DNA from: Lytechinus pictus
Taxonomy: Eukaryota
Direction of reading: 5' to 3'
NCBI RefSeq assembly: GCF_037042905.1
Contig: NC_087255.1
Coordinates: 26,908,001-26,972,000 of the forward strand
Length of the DNA stretch: 64,000 bases
The number at the start of each line of letters is the position of its first letter. Position 1 is the first letter of the stretch. The notes under the pieces were generated by a model that was not told the DNA's origin, made no database searches, and saw only the letters and a list, made by a program, of their open reading frames with translations. A program made the translations under genes and the position numbers. Below, one piece after another: positions 36,001 through 48,000 of the stretch.

Positions 36001-39000
36001 CTTAGGTGGTCATTTTATTGGATTGGGTTCAAACTCTTTTTGAGATTGTTACAACAACTGGTATTTATCTTTAACAAAACTCTGTCATTAGTAGATGAAT
36101 TATTCATGAACTAAATTTTCATTTGACAAAAAGTGAAAAAATAAGTAGAGGAAGTGGAAATATATGATTATATTGTTATTGTTCGTTTTACATGTATTAA
36201 TATGTTTTATTCCTACAATGAGGCCAATTTATACAAGCTGTTGTGCTTTCTTTGACCCCTCCACATGTAATATATCTCTAAATGTCAATGATTTGTATAT
36301 GTGTACATTTTTAACTGTGGAATAAAATTTGAATTAAGACCTTTAGGGTAATAGAATTAACCCTAAACAGGCCGGGGGGGGGGGTTGAATCAAACCCCTC
36401 TCAACATTTTCTGCGATCATTCCGCCGCGCAAATTTTTTTGACCATGCCACTCGCAGAGTTTATACTTTTAAGTCTCGCACATCTTTTGAGACCAAATTT
36501 ACGACGCAACATTTTGTAAGTGCATGTCAGACCAAAAATTGTTCCAAAACGTGATTTTGTGTACAAAGTCAATGCAAATTGAGTTTTCTCATCTTATTCA
36601 TTAAGATATGATTATTTTTACTTTAAACAGCTAAAATCAATTGATATTAGCATAATTATGCTTCAAAAAGGTTGTGCAATAAATCTGGTGAAAAAAACAA
36701 AGAAAACAAAAGGTTGAAAAACAATGAAATACATAAGAAATTCATAAAACAATAAAATACATAAGAAATTGATTTCTAAACCGAAGTTTTTTTCAATTGC
36801 GATTGTTAAGAATGCTACAAAGAATATTTTGACCAAAAATTAGCATTCTAGGAGCTTTATTTAGTGAATTAGAGCAAAAAGTATGATTTATGCATAAATT
36901 AGCATAATTAACTCATATAAAATAAAATCTCATTATTTTTTAAAATTTTACCATATAGCCTTGTAGATTACATCGCACACTACCAGCGTGCAAATTTTTG
37001 CGGCGCTCGCGTGATCGGCGGCCAAGATCTCAGGGGGGGGGGGGGGTTGATCAACCCCCCCCCCCCGGCCACAGAACAGCCAAAAAAGCCCGGCCTAGTT
37101 AGGGTTAATGTCAAATAGCCGAAGTGAGTATTAGACCAAGTAGTAATCAGACAAAATGGATACCTAGACCAAATGGCTTAACCCTAAATAGACTGGGCTG
37201 TTTTGATGCCTAAGAAGACTGGGGGGGGGAGGGGGGGGGGGCTGATTCAGCCCCCCCCTATGATCTCGGCCGTCGACCGCGCTATCGCGACGAAAATTGG
37301 CACGTGCGTTACCTATGGCATAATCTTCAACACTGTAGGATCAAATTTTCCGAAAAATCTCATAATTCATTAATTATGCTAATTTATGCGTAAAATCAAA
37401 GATTTGCTCTAATTAACTAAATAAGGCCTCTAAACTGCTAATTTTTTATTCACAGACTCTTTGTAGGATTCTGATCAAATCTACTTTAAAAAAAAATTCA
37501 ATATCACAATTCTTTTCTTATGTATTTTATTGTTTTTAAAATCTCTTATGTATTTCTCTGTTTTTCGACTTTTTGTTTTTTATTGTTTTTTCAATGTAAA
37601 TCGTTCGCTACTTTATTCTGACCATAAACAAGATGAAATTAATAGAGTTTTATTAGTAAAATTGAAAATAATGATACATTTATGAATATTTGCTAAAAAC
37701 ACAATTTGCATTGGATTTGTACACAAATTCACGTTTTTGAGCAATTTCGGGTCGACATGCACTTACAAAATGTTGCGTAATTTGGGAACCACGTACCCGG
37801 GCGTCGCAAATTTGGTCTCAAAAGTTGCGCAAGACTTGAAAAAAAAAAGTCAAGGAATGGCACGGCGCCAGCTTTTTGCGTTACAGATTTATCGCAAAAA
37901 ATGTGGAGGGGGGGGCTGAATCAGCCCCCCCCAGTCTAGGGACAGTGATTTTCCGTTTCTAAAAATTGCCTTTTCCGTTTCAGAAAATCTCAAATTCCGT
38001 GTCAGCATGTCTGAAAACGGAAATTCCGTTTCCCCATAGACTTTGTGTACATGAAAAAGTGACAATTCCGTTTACATAGAAAACCAATAAGCAATGAGTA
38101 GCGCGATGTCAAAATGCTAGCGCTGGTCAAAATTTGCATCCACCAATGTACTTAAATCGCTTTAAAATCCATTTTAATCGAAGAGATTCGAGCTCAAAAA
38201 CTATTTAGAGAAACATAATCAACATTAATATGTCCTCACCTTTCATATTATTAGCATTATTTTATGGTTACATGGGATTTTATTGCTGATTTGGGGACTT
38301 TTCGGACATCGTTTTGAGCAGTCGACGACTTCCGCTTTTCCGCCATGTTGGATATGTTGAATCACCGTGATCATTGTATTATGACCGAACGCAGAGGGCA
38401 GCAACACACGGCCGTATTCTGCCTTGTATGCGGACGTCAGTGTAAACTAATTTAGATACGATCGAGTGATTGAGGGGCTAGAGTGTAGTTACGATGTGTT
38501 GATTGTCATGATTGTTGTTGCAAAGTGAGATCGTGTTTTTTTCAGTTGATATTCGTATTTTGTTGAGGATTTGGGATTAATTTCTGTTGATATTTTGTGC
38601 ATTTTGAGAAAAAACAAGGTTTCCGTGATTTTCCGTTTGAAAAGCCACTTTCCGTTTCAAAAGGCCGATTCCGTGAATTCCGTCCGTTTTCCGCGATCGC
38701 GGAAAATCACTGTCCCTACCAGTCTTTTTTAGGGTTAAGCCTATGCAATTTTAGACAATATGAGAAGTAAACCACCTGTGGATAAACGGTATATAAAGAG
38801 GGTATAAACCAACAGGAAAGACATACCTGTGCGAAAGGCGATGTCCGTTACGGGCCCCCAGTCTTGGGTGAACGTGACGATGGTCTCATCATACTTGATG
38901 TTGTGAAGGATGATCTTACCATTGGCAAGACCAATAGCTACTACATCAACAGCTGGAGACTGTTACCATGGAGATGGAATAAAAAACATGTCAGACAAGC

Positions 39001-42000
39001 ACTGATATCATTGAATGTCACTTGAATCACTAATTACTGAATTCTGCAATTCCGGTAGACAATGACTTGTTTCATAATTTAAGACATTCTAATTTATCAA
39101 CATCAACAGACTTTAAAAGAAAAATACATGTACTGTCACTATCATTTTATTGTAATTTTCACAAAAACTATGGATCAATTGTTTAATATCTAATATTATC
39201 ATCTATATAGAGTGTTCTAGCGATGCATTAAAAACACGTATTTTGGTCTGCATCAACTGCCTGTGCAGTATCAGACCGAAATCTGATGAATATCCCATAG
39301 GCTACTGTACAAAGTTTGCTATTGAATATGAGAGCATATTCAACAGTTTAATGCGGTTGCGCAAAAGCGTGAAATATATAACGCGTAAAACAATGAAAGC
39401 AATGTGATGCGCAGCATAGATCTCAATTACGCTTGATGACGTCATAATGAGCTACATGCAAGTAGCATGTCGACGACCAAAATTGATCCTATGAAGTGAT
39501 GATGGCATAATGTGATAAGTGATCTCTGACTTGTTCCATCAAATTGCTCCCTCTATTTTTTTGGGGGGTGGGATAGATGATAATTATATTGGATGGCTTT
39601 ATTTCATGAAATACCAGAAATATTCCACTTGTTAGGGCCAATATTCCACTCGTCTTCGATTCGTGGAATATTTTCCTGAACTCTTCAAAAATATTTCTGG
39701 TATTCCATTCTGAGCCTTCCAATATAATATAATCATCAAGACTATAGATTATTACTTCACAACAATCAATACACCTCAAATTATATGTAAAAACATAGGA
39801 GCTGGTTCGTTCGGATTAAACAAAAGAAATAAGGATTTATCGTCAGCACACAACACTCGTCCCTTTAATCCTTACTCTGGTCAGAATATTCTGGCATTAC
39901 TGTAACTGGGAGACCACTCAAGAAAACTTACATAATGATCTATTCTTTGGATTTGTAACATTTTGTGCATCTCTTTTCTATCTTTTCATACAATAAATTA
40001 ATGCCCACATGTTATGAAGATGTTGAATATGCAATAAAAATTATGTCCCCTTCAAACTTGCATTGAAGGCAAACCTTTTTCAAGTTCTATAAATGTATGT
40101 AAAGAACATGTAGCATGGATTATTATTTGCACAAACATAACGAATGAATGTTCTTACAAAAAGCACTAAATTCATTAACAATTTACATGACAGAAAAAGT
40201 AATATTCACCTGCTTGATAACTGTTATTGGAGAATCCAAGTTCTGAAAGGTATAAAGTAACTTACTGCAAAAACAATAGAGAAATGGGTATGTTTATTTG
40301 TACACATTTGATTAAAGCATGTAAAGAATCATACTGTACATCCACTATCAATTGTTGCAGGAGAAACTGTTGGGTCATGGAAGTAGCAGCAAATTTCATA
40401 CACTCTTAGAACAAGTTGCATAAGATAATACAACTTAAAAATATTTGTTTAAAGGTTGAAGTCCACCATAGAAAAATGTTCATTTGAATAAACAGAGAAA
40501 AATCAAACTAGCATAACGCTGAAAATTTCATCAAAATCGGATGTAAAATAATAAAGTTATGAAACTTTTAAGTTTCGCCTATTTTTTCACAAATGTGATA
40601 TGCACAACTCAGTGACATGCAAAGAAGACAGTCGACGATGTCCCTCACTCACTATTTCTTTTGTTTTTTATTGTTTGAATTATACATCATTTCATTTTTT
40701 ACAAATTTGACAATAGGGACCAACTTGACTCAAGTATATAGTATTAACCCTAAAATGGCCGGGGGGGGGGGGGGTTGAATCAACCCCCCCCTCAACATTT
40801 TCTGCCATCATTCCGCTGCGCGAAATTTTTTGACCGCGCCACTGGCAGAGTTTATACTTTTAAGTCTCGCGCATCTTTTGAGACCAAATTTACGACGCCC
40901 GGGTACGCGGTTCCAAAATTACGCAACATTTTGTAACTGCATGTCAGACCTAAAATTGCTCCAAAACGTGATTTTGTGTACAAAGTCAATGCAAATTGAG
41001 TTTTCTCATCTTATTCATAAAGATATGATTATTTTTACTTTAAACGGCTGAAAGCAATTGATTTTAGCACAATTATGCTTCAAAAATGCTGTGCAATAAA
41101 TCTGGTGAAAAAAACAAAGAAAAACAAAAGGTTGAAAAACAAAGAAATACATAAGAAATTCATAAAACAATAAAATACATAAGAAATTGATTTCCAAACC
41201 GAAGTTTTTTTCAATTGCCATTGTTAAGAATGCTACAAAGAATATTTTTACCAAAAATTAGCATTCTAGGAGCTTTATTTAGTGAATTAGAGCAAAAAGT
41301 ATGATTTATGCATAAATTAGCATAATTAATTCATATAAAATAAAATCTCATTATTTTGGAAAATTTCACCATACAGCCTTGTAGATTACATTGCACACTA
41401 CCAGCATGCACATTTTTGCGGCCATCGCGCGATCGGCAGCCGAGATCTCAGGGGGGGGGGGTTGAATCAACCCCCCCCTCCCCCCGGCCACAGAACAGCC
41501 AAAAAAGCCAGGCCTAGTTAGGGTTAAGCAATGCTAATTCCACATGTTCAGGGAGGAATTAATCGTTGTTTCACTTGACAATGAGGAGAAAATTAGAATA
41601 TTTCATATTCCATATTAAAATACAAAAGAAATAGTGAGTGGATGACGTCATCAGTCTCCTCACTTGCATACTGACCAGGATGTGCATATAACTGTTTTGT
41701 GAAATTAAGCGAAACTTTAAAAAGTCATAACTTTCTTATTCCGATTTTGATGAAATTTCAGTGTTCTGCTTGTTGGATTTTTCTCTTTTTATTCAAATTA
41801 ACTTTTTGTTGGGGTGGACTTGTCCTTTAATAGTCGGAGAAGTGGAGCTTTGTATGTGACTACCTAGTACAGTGTGTCCAGGTAGAATGAATATGACAGC
41901 ATACAGTATGAGGTTTTCTCATATAATACAAACATATGTTGGGGGATAAAAGGTTCAGAAATGGCTAAAATATCACATTTTAAGGAGGTTGTAAATTGGC

Positions 42001-45000
42001 ACTTGTAGCCATGCTGCCAGTCAATATTTATGTGTATAAAATAATAATAAATAATGAAATGTTATCATTATATAAAATTCAGTATGTGAACAAAAAAATT
42101 CTTACTTAGATTTGATATTCCAAAGTTGCATGCCACCTTGATGACTTCCAAGCAATATCTTGTTGAGGTATGTTGCTGGGTGCATCAGGGCCGATATTCT
42201 GAAGACACCGTTATCAAACGGCAGGTCTAAATAGAGCTCTAGGATGAAACAGTTGAAACAAAATTAGCAGCAATATCTTATTGGAGTGTGTTACCAAGGC
42301 CTCGTTACATAATGCTTAGTAATTGATCGTTTTTTATGCTTGAATACATTGGTCATTATGAATAATCAAGAATACAAATCAACTGCACGATTAATCACTA
42401 AGCTTTATGCAATGTTATGTGACAGAATCCAATAAAATGACCACCAAGTGTTTGTATGAATGAATGAATGAATGAATAAAAAATAAGTGCCAAGTGGATC
42501 TGGAGGAAAGTGTTAAATTGCTGAGAAATAGATAAAACATGGCATTCCAGCAAGGTGTAGGGTCCTCTTTTGAGCATTGATAAGTAATGTCCAACGAGTG
42601 CTTATCCGTGTTTGTGATCTTAAGGGTGATTATTTTCCGGCTTAGTTTTGTGATTTTAGAGGTAGGTTTATGCAAAGGAATCAGGTGGGTGTTTCATAAA
42701 GCTGTTCGTCGTAAGTTTAGAGTGACTTTACGCTCAACTGGTGAACCTTTCTTATGCTCTAAATAATCACCAGTGAAAATTTAATGGTGAATATCAGTTG
42801 CCATAAGAAAGGATCACCAGTCGTTCTTAAAGTCGCTCTAAACTTACAAACAGCTTTATGAAACAGCCCCCAGATCTAGATCTCTGTTGATAATGTGACA
42901 ATTAGCATTGACTTTAAAGACTCCATCATGAAATAATTGTTTGCTGCAACTACAATTAACTTTTAACTTGTTGCCTCCCGTTGGGGCTTTCATAAAGCTG
43001 TTCATAAGTTACAAGCGACTTCACGGATGACTGGTGATCCTTTCTTGATATAAATTATTCGCACCAAATTTTCATTGGTGAGGATTTAGCTTAGAAAGGA
43101 TCACCTGTCATTCATAAAGTCGCTCGTAACTTACGAACAACTTTATGAACAAGTGGAACGCCTCTGGCAGTCTCGCCTGCATTAAATATATATGATTTAA
43201 TATAGCAGCAGTGCTAACTTTGAAATTTACTGTAAGATAATCATTCACACAAACACCATTCATATAATGACATACCACGTTCATTGACCATAGATGACAT
43301 TTGAACGGTGACTTACATGTAAGACTTGTCAACTACACCCATGTCCACATTTCATTCACTCTATCCATAAACTTTCAAAGTTATGATGGCAATTCAACAA
43401 TTACCCCAACATGGCCTAAGTTTAATGACCTTAACTGACCTTTGACCTTGGTTTTGTGACCTGAAACTCACAGGGGATGTTCAGTGATACTTGATTACTC
43501 TTATATCCCAAGTTTTATGAAATAGATCCATAAACTTCAGAGTTAGAATGGTAATTCAACAAATACCCCAAACACCGCCAAAGTTCATTGACCTTAAATG
43601 ACCTTTGACCATGGTCATGTGACCTGAAACTCGTACAGGATGTTCAGTGTGACGACCCCAAGTCTGGATGTAGACTAGGAGTAATAAAAGAGTTCGCGGC
43701 TAGAGATCAAATACACAAACACGGCTTCCCTGTCTTTAAAAGATGTGTCATCGATTGTGAGGATTTGGGGTGACTTGAGAGTTGGAGAAGTTTAGGTTCT
43801 TGTGTGCTGAGATGTAGAGTTGGTCCTGGCCACGTAACATATTTGGGACCTTGTCCAGGAGTCGGAAAACAAGCCAGTTTTCTTGTCGAGGTAGTTCGTT
43901 TTCGTATTCCGTATACCGGTTATTACGTACAGTACATATGTATAATGCGCGAACGCTAGCACTGCGTGTAGTTATGTGCCTGTTCTATGCATGTGTGTGT
44001 ATGCACGTTTTGTGTGTGGAGCGTTTCGTTGGGCTCGTTTAGGCAACGGGTCACGCTCAATTTTTCTCGGATTTAGCCTTCGTTCAAGGCGCAGTGGATT
44101 TCTGGTATTTTAATTTGCTGCTAGGTTTCCTTTGCATTTTTGTGCTTGCTCACTGCATGTTTTGGATCAGTCTGTCTTGTTTACTAGCTGTTGTGCTGGT
44201 TTTGTCTCCTTAGTGGAGTTTGGTATATATTATAGACTGGTTGTTTGGTTTTGTGGTCTGAGCATAGTTTTATCTCAATGGCTGAGGATAGAGTGCGAAG
44301 TTTTGTTGATGGTCCCACACCAGAGCTGTTGGGGCAGTTGACAAAGGCTGAGTTAGTGGAAGCTGCTCGTCTTTTAGACGTTTCGGTTCGTCCTTCATTT
44401 AGAAAGGATGAGGTTAAGGACTGCATTCGTCAGTTTTTGGTCCAAACGGACATTTGGTCAGCGGATGTTGATTCTGAGGAGGAGGGGGATGATTCTGCGT
44501 CTTCTATTGGATCTCGTGATTCTGAGTTAAATCTAAAAACTCTGGAAGCACAGTTGAAATTGAAAGAGCTTGAACTTCGTACAAAAGAGGTTGAGCTACA
44601 GATGAAGAGCCTAGATTTGAAATCTAAGGAATTGAATGTGAGGAGTGGAGATTCCTCTGGCAAGTTTGATGCTTGTAAGTATGTTAGGTTGGTTCCTAAG
44701 TTTGATGAGAGTAAGGTAGAAGAGTTCTTTCAGCATTTTGAGAAGGTAGCTGTCAATTTAGGCTGGGAGAGATCTGTCTGGCCAACTTTGGTACAGAGTG
44801 TGCTCATCGGTAGGGCCCAGGAGGTTTATGCCTCATTGTCTGTTGAAGAGGGGGGTTGCTACGAGCAACTGAAGTCTTCTGTCTTGAGGGCTTATGAATT
44901 AGTGCCTGAGGCACATCGGCAAGCATTTCGCAATGCTAAAAAGGGCGAACGGGGCACTTATGTGGACCTGGTTCGTAAGAAGGTTGTTCATTTTGAACGA

Positions 45001-48000
45001 TGGTTGTCCTCAACTGGTGTTAATAGCTTTGATAGTTTGAAGGAGCTTATGTTGAGTGAGGAGTTGAAACGTTCGGTTACACATGAGTTAAGGCAGTACT
45101 TAGAGGAGCGTGAGGTGGTGAACGTTCATAGGGCAGCAGTACTCTTGGATGAATATGTCTTAACACATAAGGTAGTTGAGAGGAGTAAACCTCAAGGGAA
45201 GGTTAATCAGTTTGTTGGTAAGAAAGATTCTTCATGGAAGGATGAGAGTCAAGGTAGTAACAATACTGTCAAGAGTGGTAATAGGCAAAAACTTGTTCCT
45301 GGTCCTTGTTATTACTGTAAGCAAGAAGGACATAGAATGTCTGAGTGTAGTAAGCTGAAGAAAAAGAGAGAGAAAGAGGGTTTTGGTGAGAGGAAAGTAG
45401 TTCATAATGCATTAGTTAGTGTCAAGAGGGAGAATAGAGCAGTGTCTGTAGGGTACAAACCGTTTATGACTGAAGGTTTTGTAGGTTTGTCAGGTAGTAG
45501 TGAGGAGGTTCCTGTGCGTATTCTTCGGGATACTGGGGCTACCCAGACTCTTCTCTTAGCTAATGTTTTGCCTTTTTCTGAAGACTCGGCTGTTCATTCA
45601 GATGTGTTTGTAAAAGGTATAGGTGGTGTAATTCAGGTGCCTTTACATAGCGTGAATTTGAAGTCTGACATTGTGTCAGGTCAGGTGGTTGTTGCAGTTT
45701 CTCCTGCCTTACCGGTAGAAGGAGTATCGTTGCTGTTAGGTAATGATCTTGCAGGTGATAAGGTTTTGCCACACCCAGTTAAATCAAACATTCCTGTGAC
45801 TGATGAGGAAACTGAAAGTTTGGTAAAAGAGATGCCAGACGTGTTTTCCTCCTGTGTATTGACTAGGTCTATGGCTGCTAAGGCAAAACAGGAAAGGGAA
45901 AATTCAGAGCAGGGTTTGAAAGAGACTAGTCCGGATACTGTTGATTTGGGAGATAGTTTTCTTGGTCATTTGGATGATAACAGTGTGTTCTGTCAGGTAG
46001 ATGATAGCAAATCTGCTGAAGATGGTAGTGGAGTTTATCAGGATGGTGAAACTGATATAGGACTTAATAGGTTGTCTTTGATCGATGCTCAAGGCAAAGA
46101 TCCTGAGTTGGTTGAAAGTATCAATGGCGCTCTGTCTGAGGAGGAAGCTGTAAATGAAAGCACATGCTTTTACATGAAGGATGATATTCTCATGAGGAGA
46201 TGGAGACCTCCAGATGCAAGTCTTGATGAAGATTGGAGGGTTATTCATCAGGTTGTGGTGCCTAAGGTCTTTCGTAGGCAGATTTTGAAAGTTTCACATG
46301 AAACTGGTCTTGGTGGACACCTTGGTGTCAATAAGACTGTTAACAGAATTCTGAAACATTTCTTTTGGCCAGGGCTGCGGAGTGATGTTAGTGAGTTTTG
46401 TAGGGCATGTCATGCTTGCCAAGTTGTTGGCAAACCCAACCAGAAGATCCCGCCGGCACCCTTACGGCCCATCCCTGCATTTGATGAGCCATTTTCAACA
46501 ATAATTGTTGATTGTGTTGGCCCACTGCCTAAGACTAAGGCTGGACATGAGTATCTCTTGACTATGATGTGTGCAGCAACCAGATTTCCCGAGGCAGTGC
46601 CACTTCGTAGAATAACGGCTCAGAATGTTTGCAAAGCACTGGTGAAGTTCTTTTCGTTGGTAGGATTACCAAGGATTATTCAGAGTGATCAAGGCTCTAA
46701 TTTCACTTCCAAGTTGTTCAGACAGGTGATGTCGCAGTTGGGAATTCGATGCGTGAATTCGAGTGCCTATCATCCTGAGAGCCAAGGAGCATTGGAAAGG
46801 TTTCATCAAACCTTGAAAAACATGATGAGAACTTATTGTTTTCAGTGTGAGAAAGAGTGGGACGAGGGACTGCCCTTACTCTTGTTTGCAGTTAAGGAGT
46901 CTGTTCAAGACTCATTAGGATTTAGTCCATTTGACTTGGTATTTGGCCACACTGTTCGTGGGCCTTTATTGGTGTTGAAAGAGAAGATGCTTGAATCGGA
47001 TGAGAAGTGTGGATTACTGGATTATGTATCTAGGTTCCGAGAAAGGTTGTCTTATTCAAGAGAACTTGCTATGCAGCACATGAAGACTGCTCAGGCTGAC
47101 ATGAAGAAAGTGTTTGATCGCAAAGCTAGGGAGAGAAGCTTTGATCCTGGTTCTAAGGTGTTAGTGCTGTTGCCAATTCCGGGTAATTGCTTGCAGGCTC
47201 GGTACTCTGGTCCATACGTTGTGGAGAAGAAAGTGAGTGAGGTGAACTATGTAATTCGCACTCCGGATAAGAGAAAACAGAAACGTCTTTGTCACATTAA
47301 CATGTTGAAAGAGTATGTAGAGAGCAATGAGGATTGTGCAGCAAAGTCGGTTGCGAGTGTTGGTGTTGCTTGTGGTAGGAGTGATGATGTTGACGTTGAG
47401 GAACAAAAGGAAGTTGGTCTTTCCTTGCCTGAAGTTAAGCTTGATAATTCAGAAGTTCTGGAGAATCTTTGTGAAAGGTTGAATTATCTTCCAGTGAGTA
47501 AGAGAGAGTCGTTGCAGGAGTTGATTTCCGAATACAGTCACTTGTTTGGTGATATTCCCAGTAGAACCACTCTCGTAGAACATGATGTTGATCTCGGGGA
47601 GTGTACTCCAATTAAGCAACATCCGTATAGGTTGAATCCGTCAAAGTTGGAAATTCTCAGGAAGGAAGTTAACTACATGATTGTCAATGACATTATTGAA
47701 CCAAGTAGTAGTCAATGGAGTTCTCCTTGTGTCTTAGTACCAAAGAAGGATGGTAGTTATAGGTTCTGTACAGACTATAGGTTGTTGAATTCCAAGTCCA
47801 AATCAGACTCGTACCCCATACCTCGCATTGACGACCTGATTGACAAGATAGGGAGTGCCAAGTTTGTGTCAAAGCTAGATCTCTTAAAAGGATACTGGCA
47901 GGTGCCCCTGTCACCAAGGGCACAAGAGCTGTCTGCATTTGTTACACCAGATGGTCTCTACCAATACAAAGTCATGCCGTTCGGAATGAAGAACAGCCCT

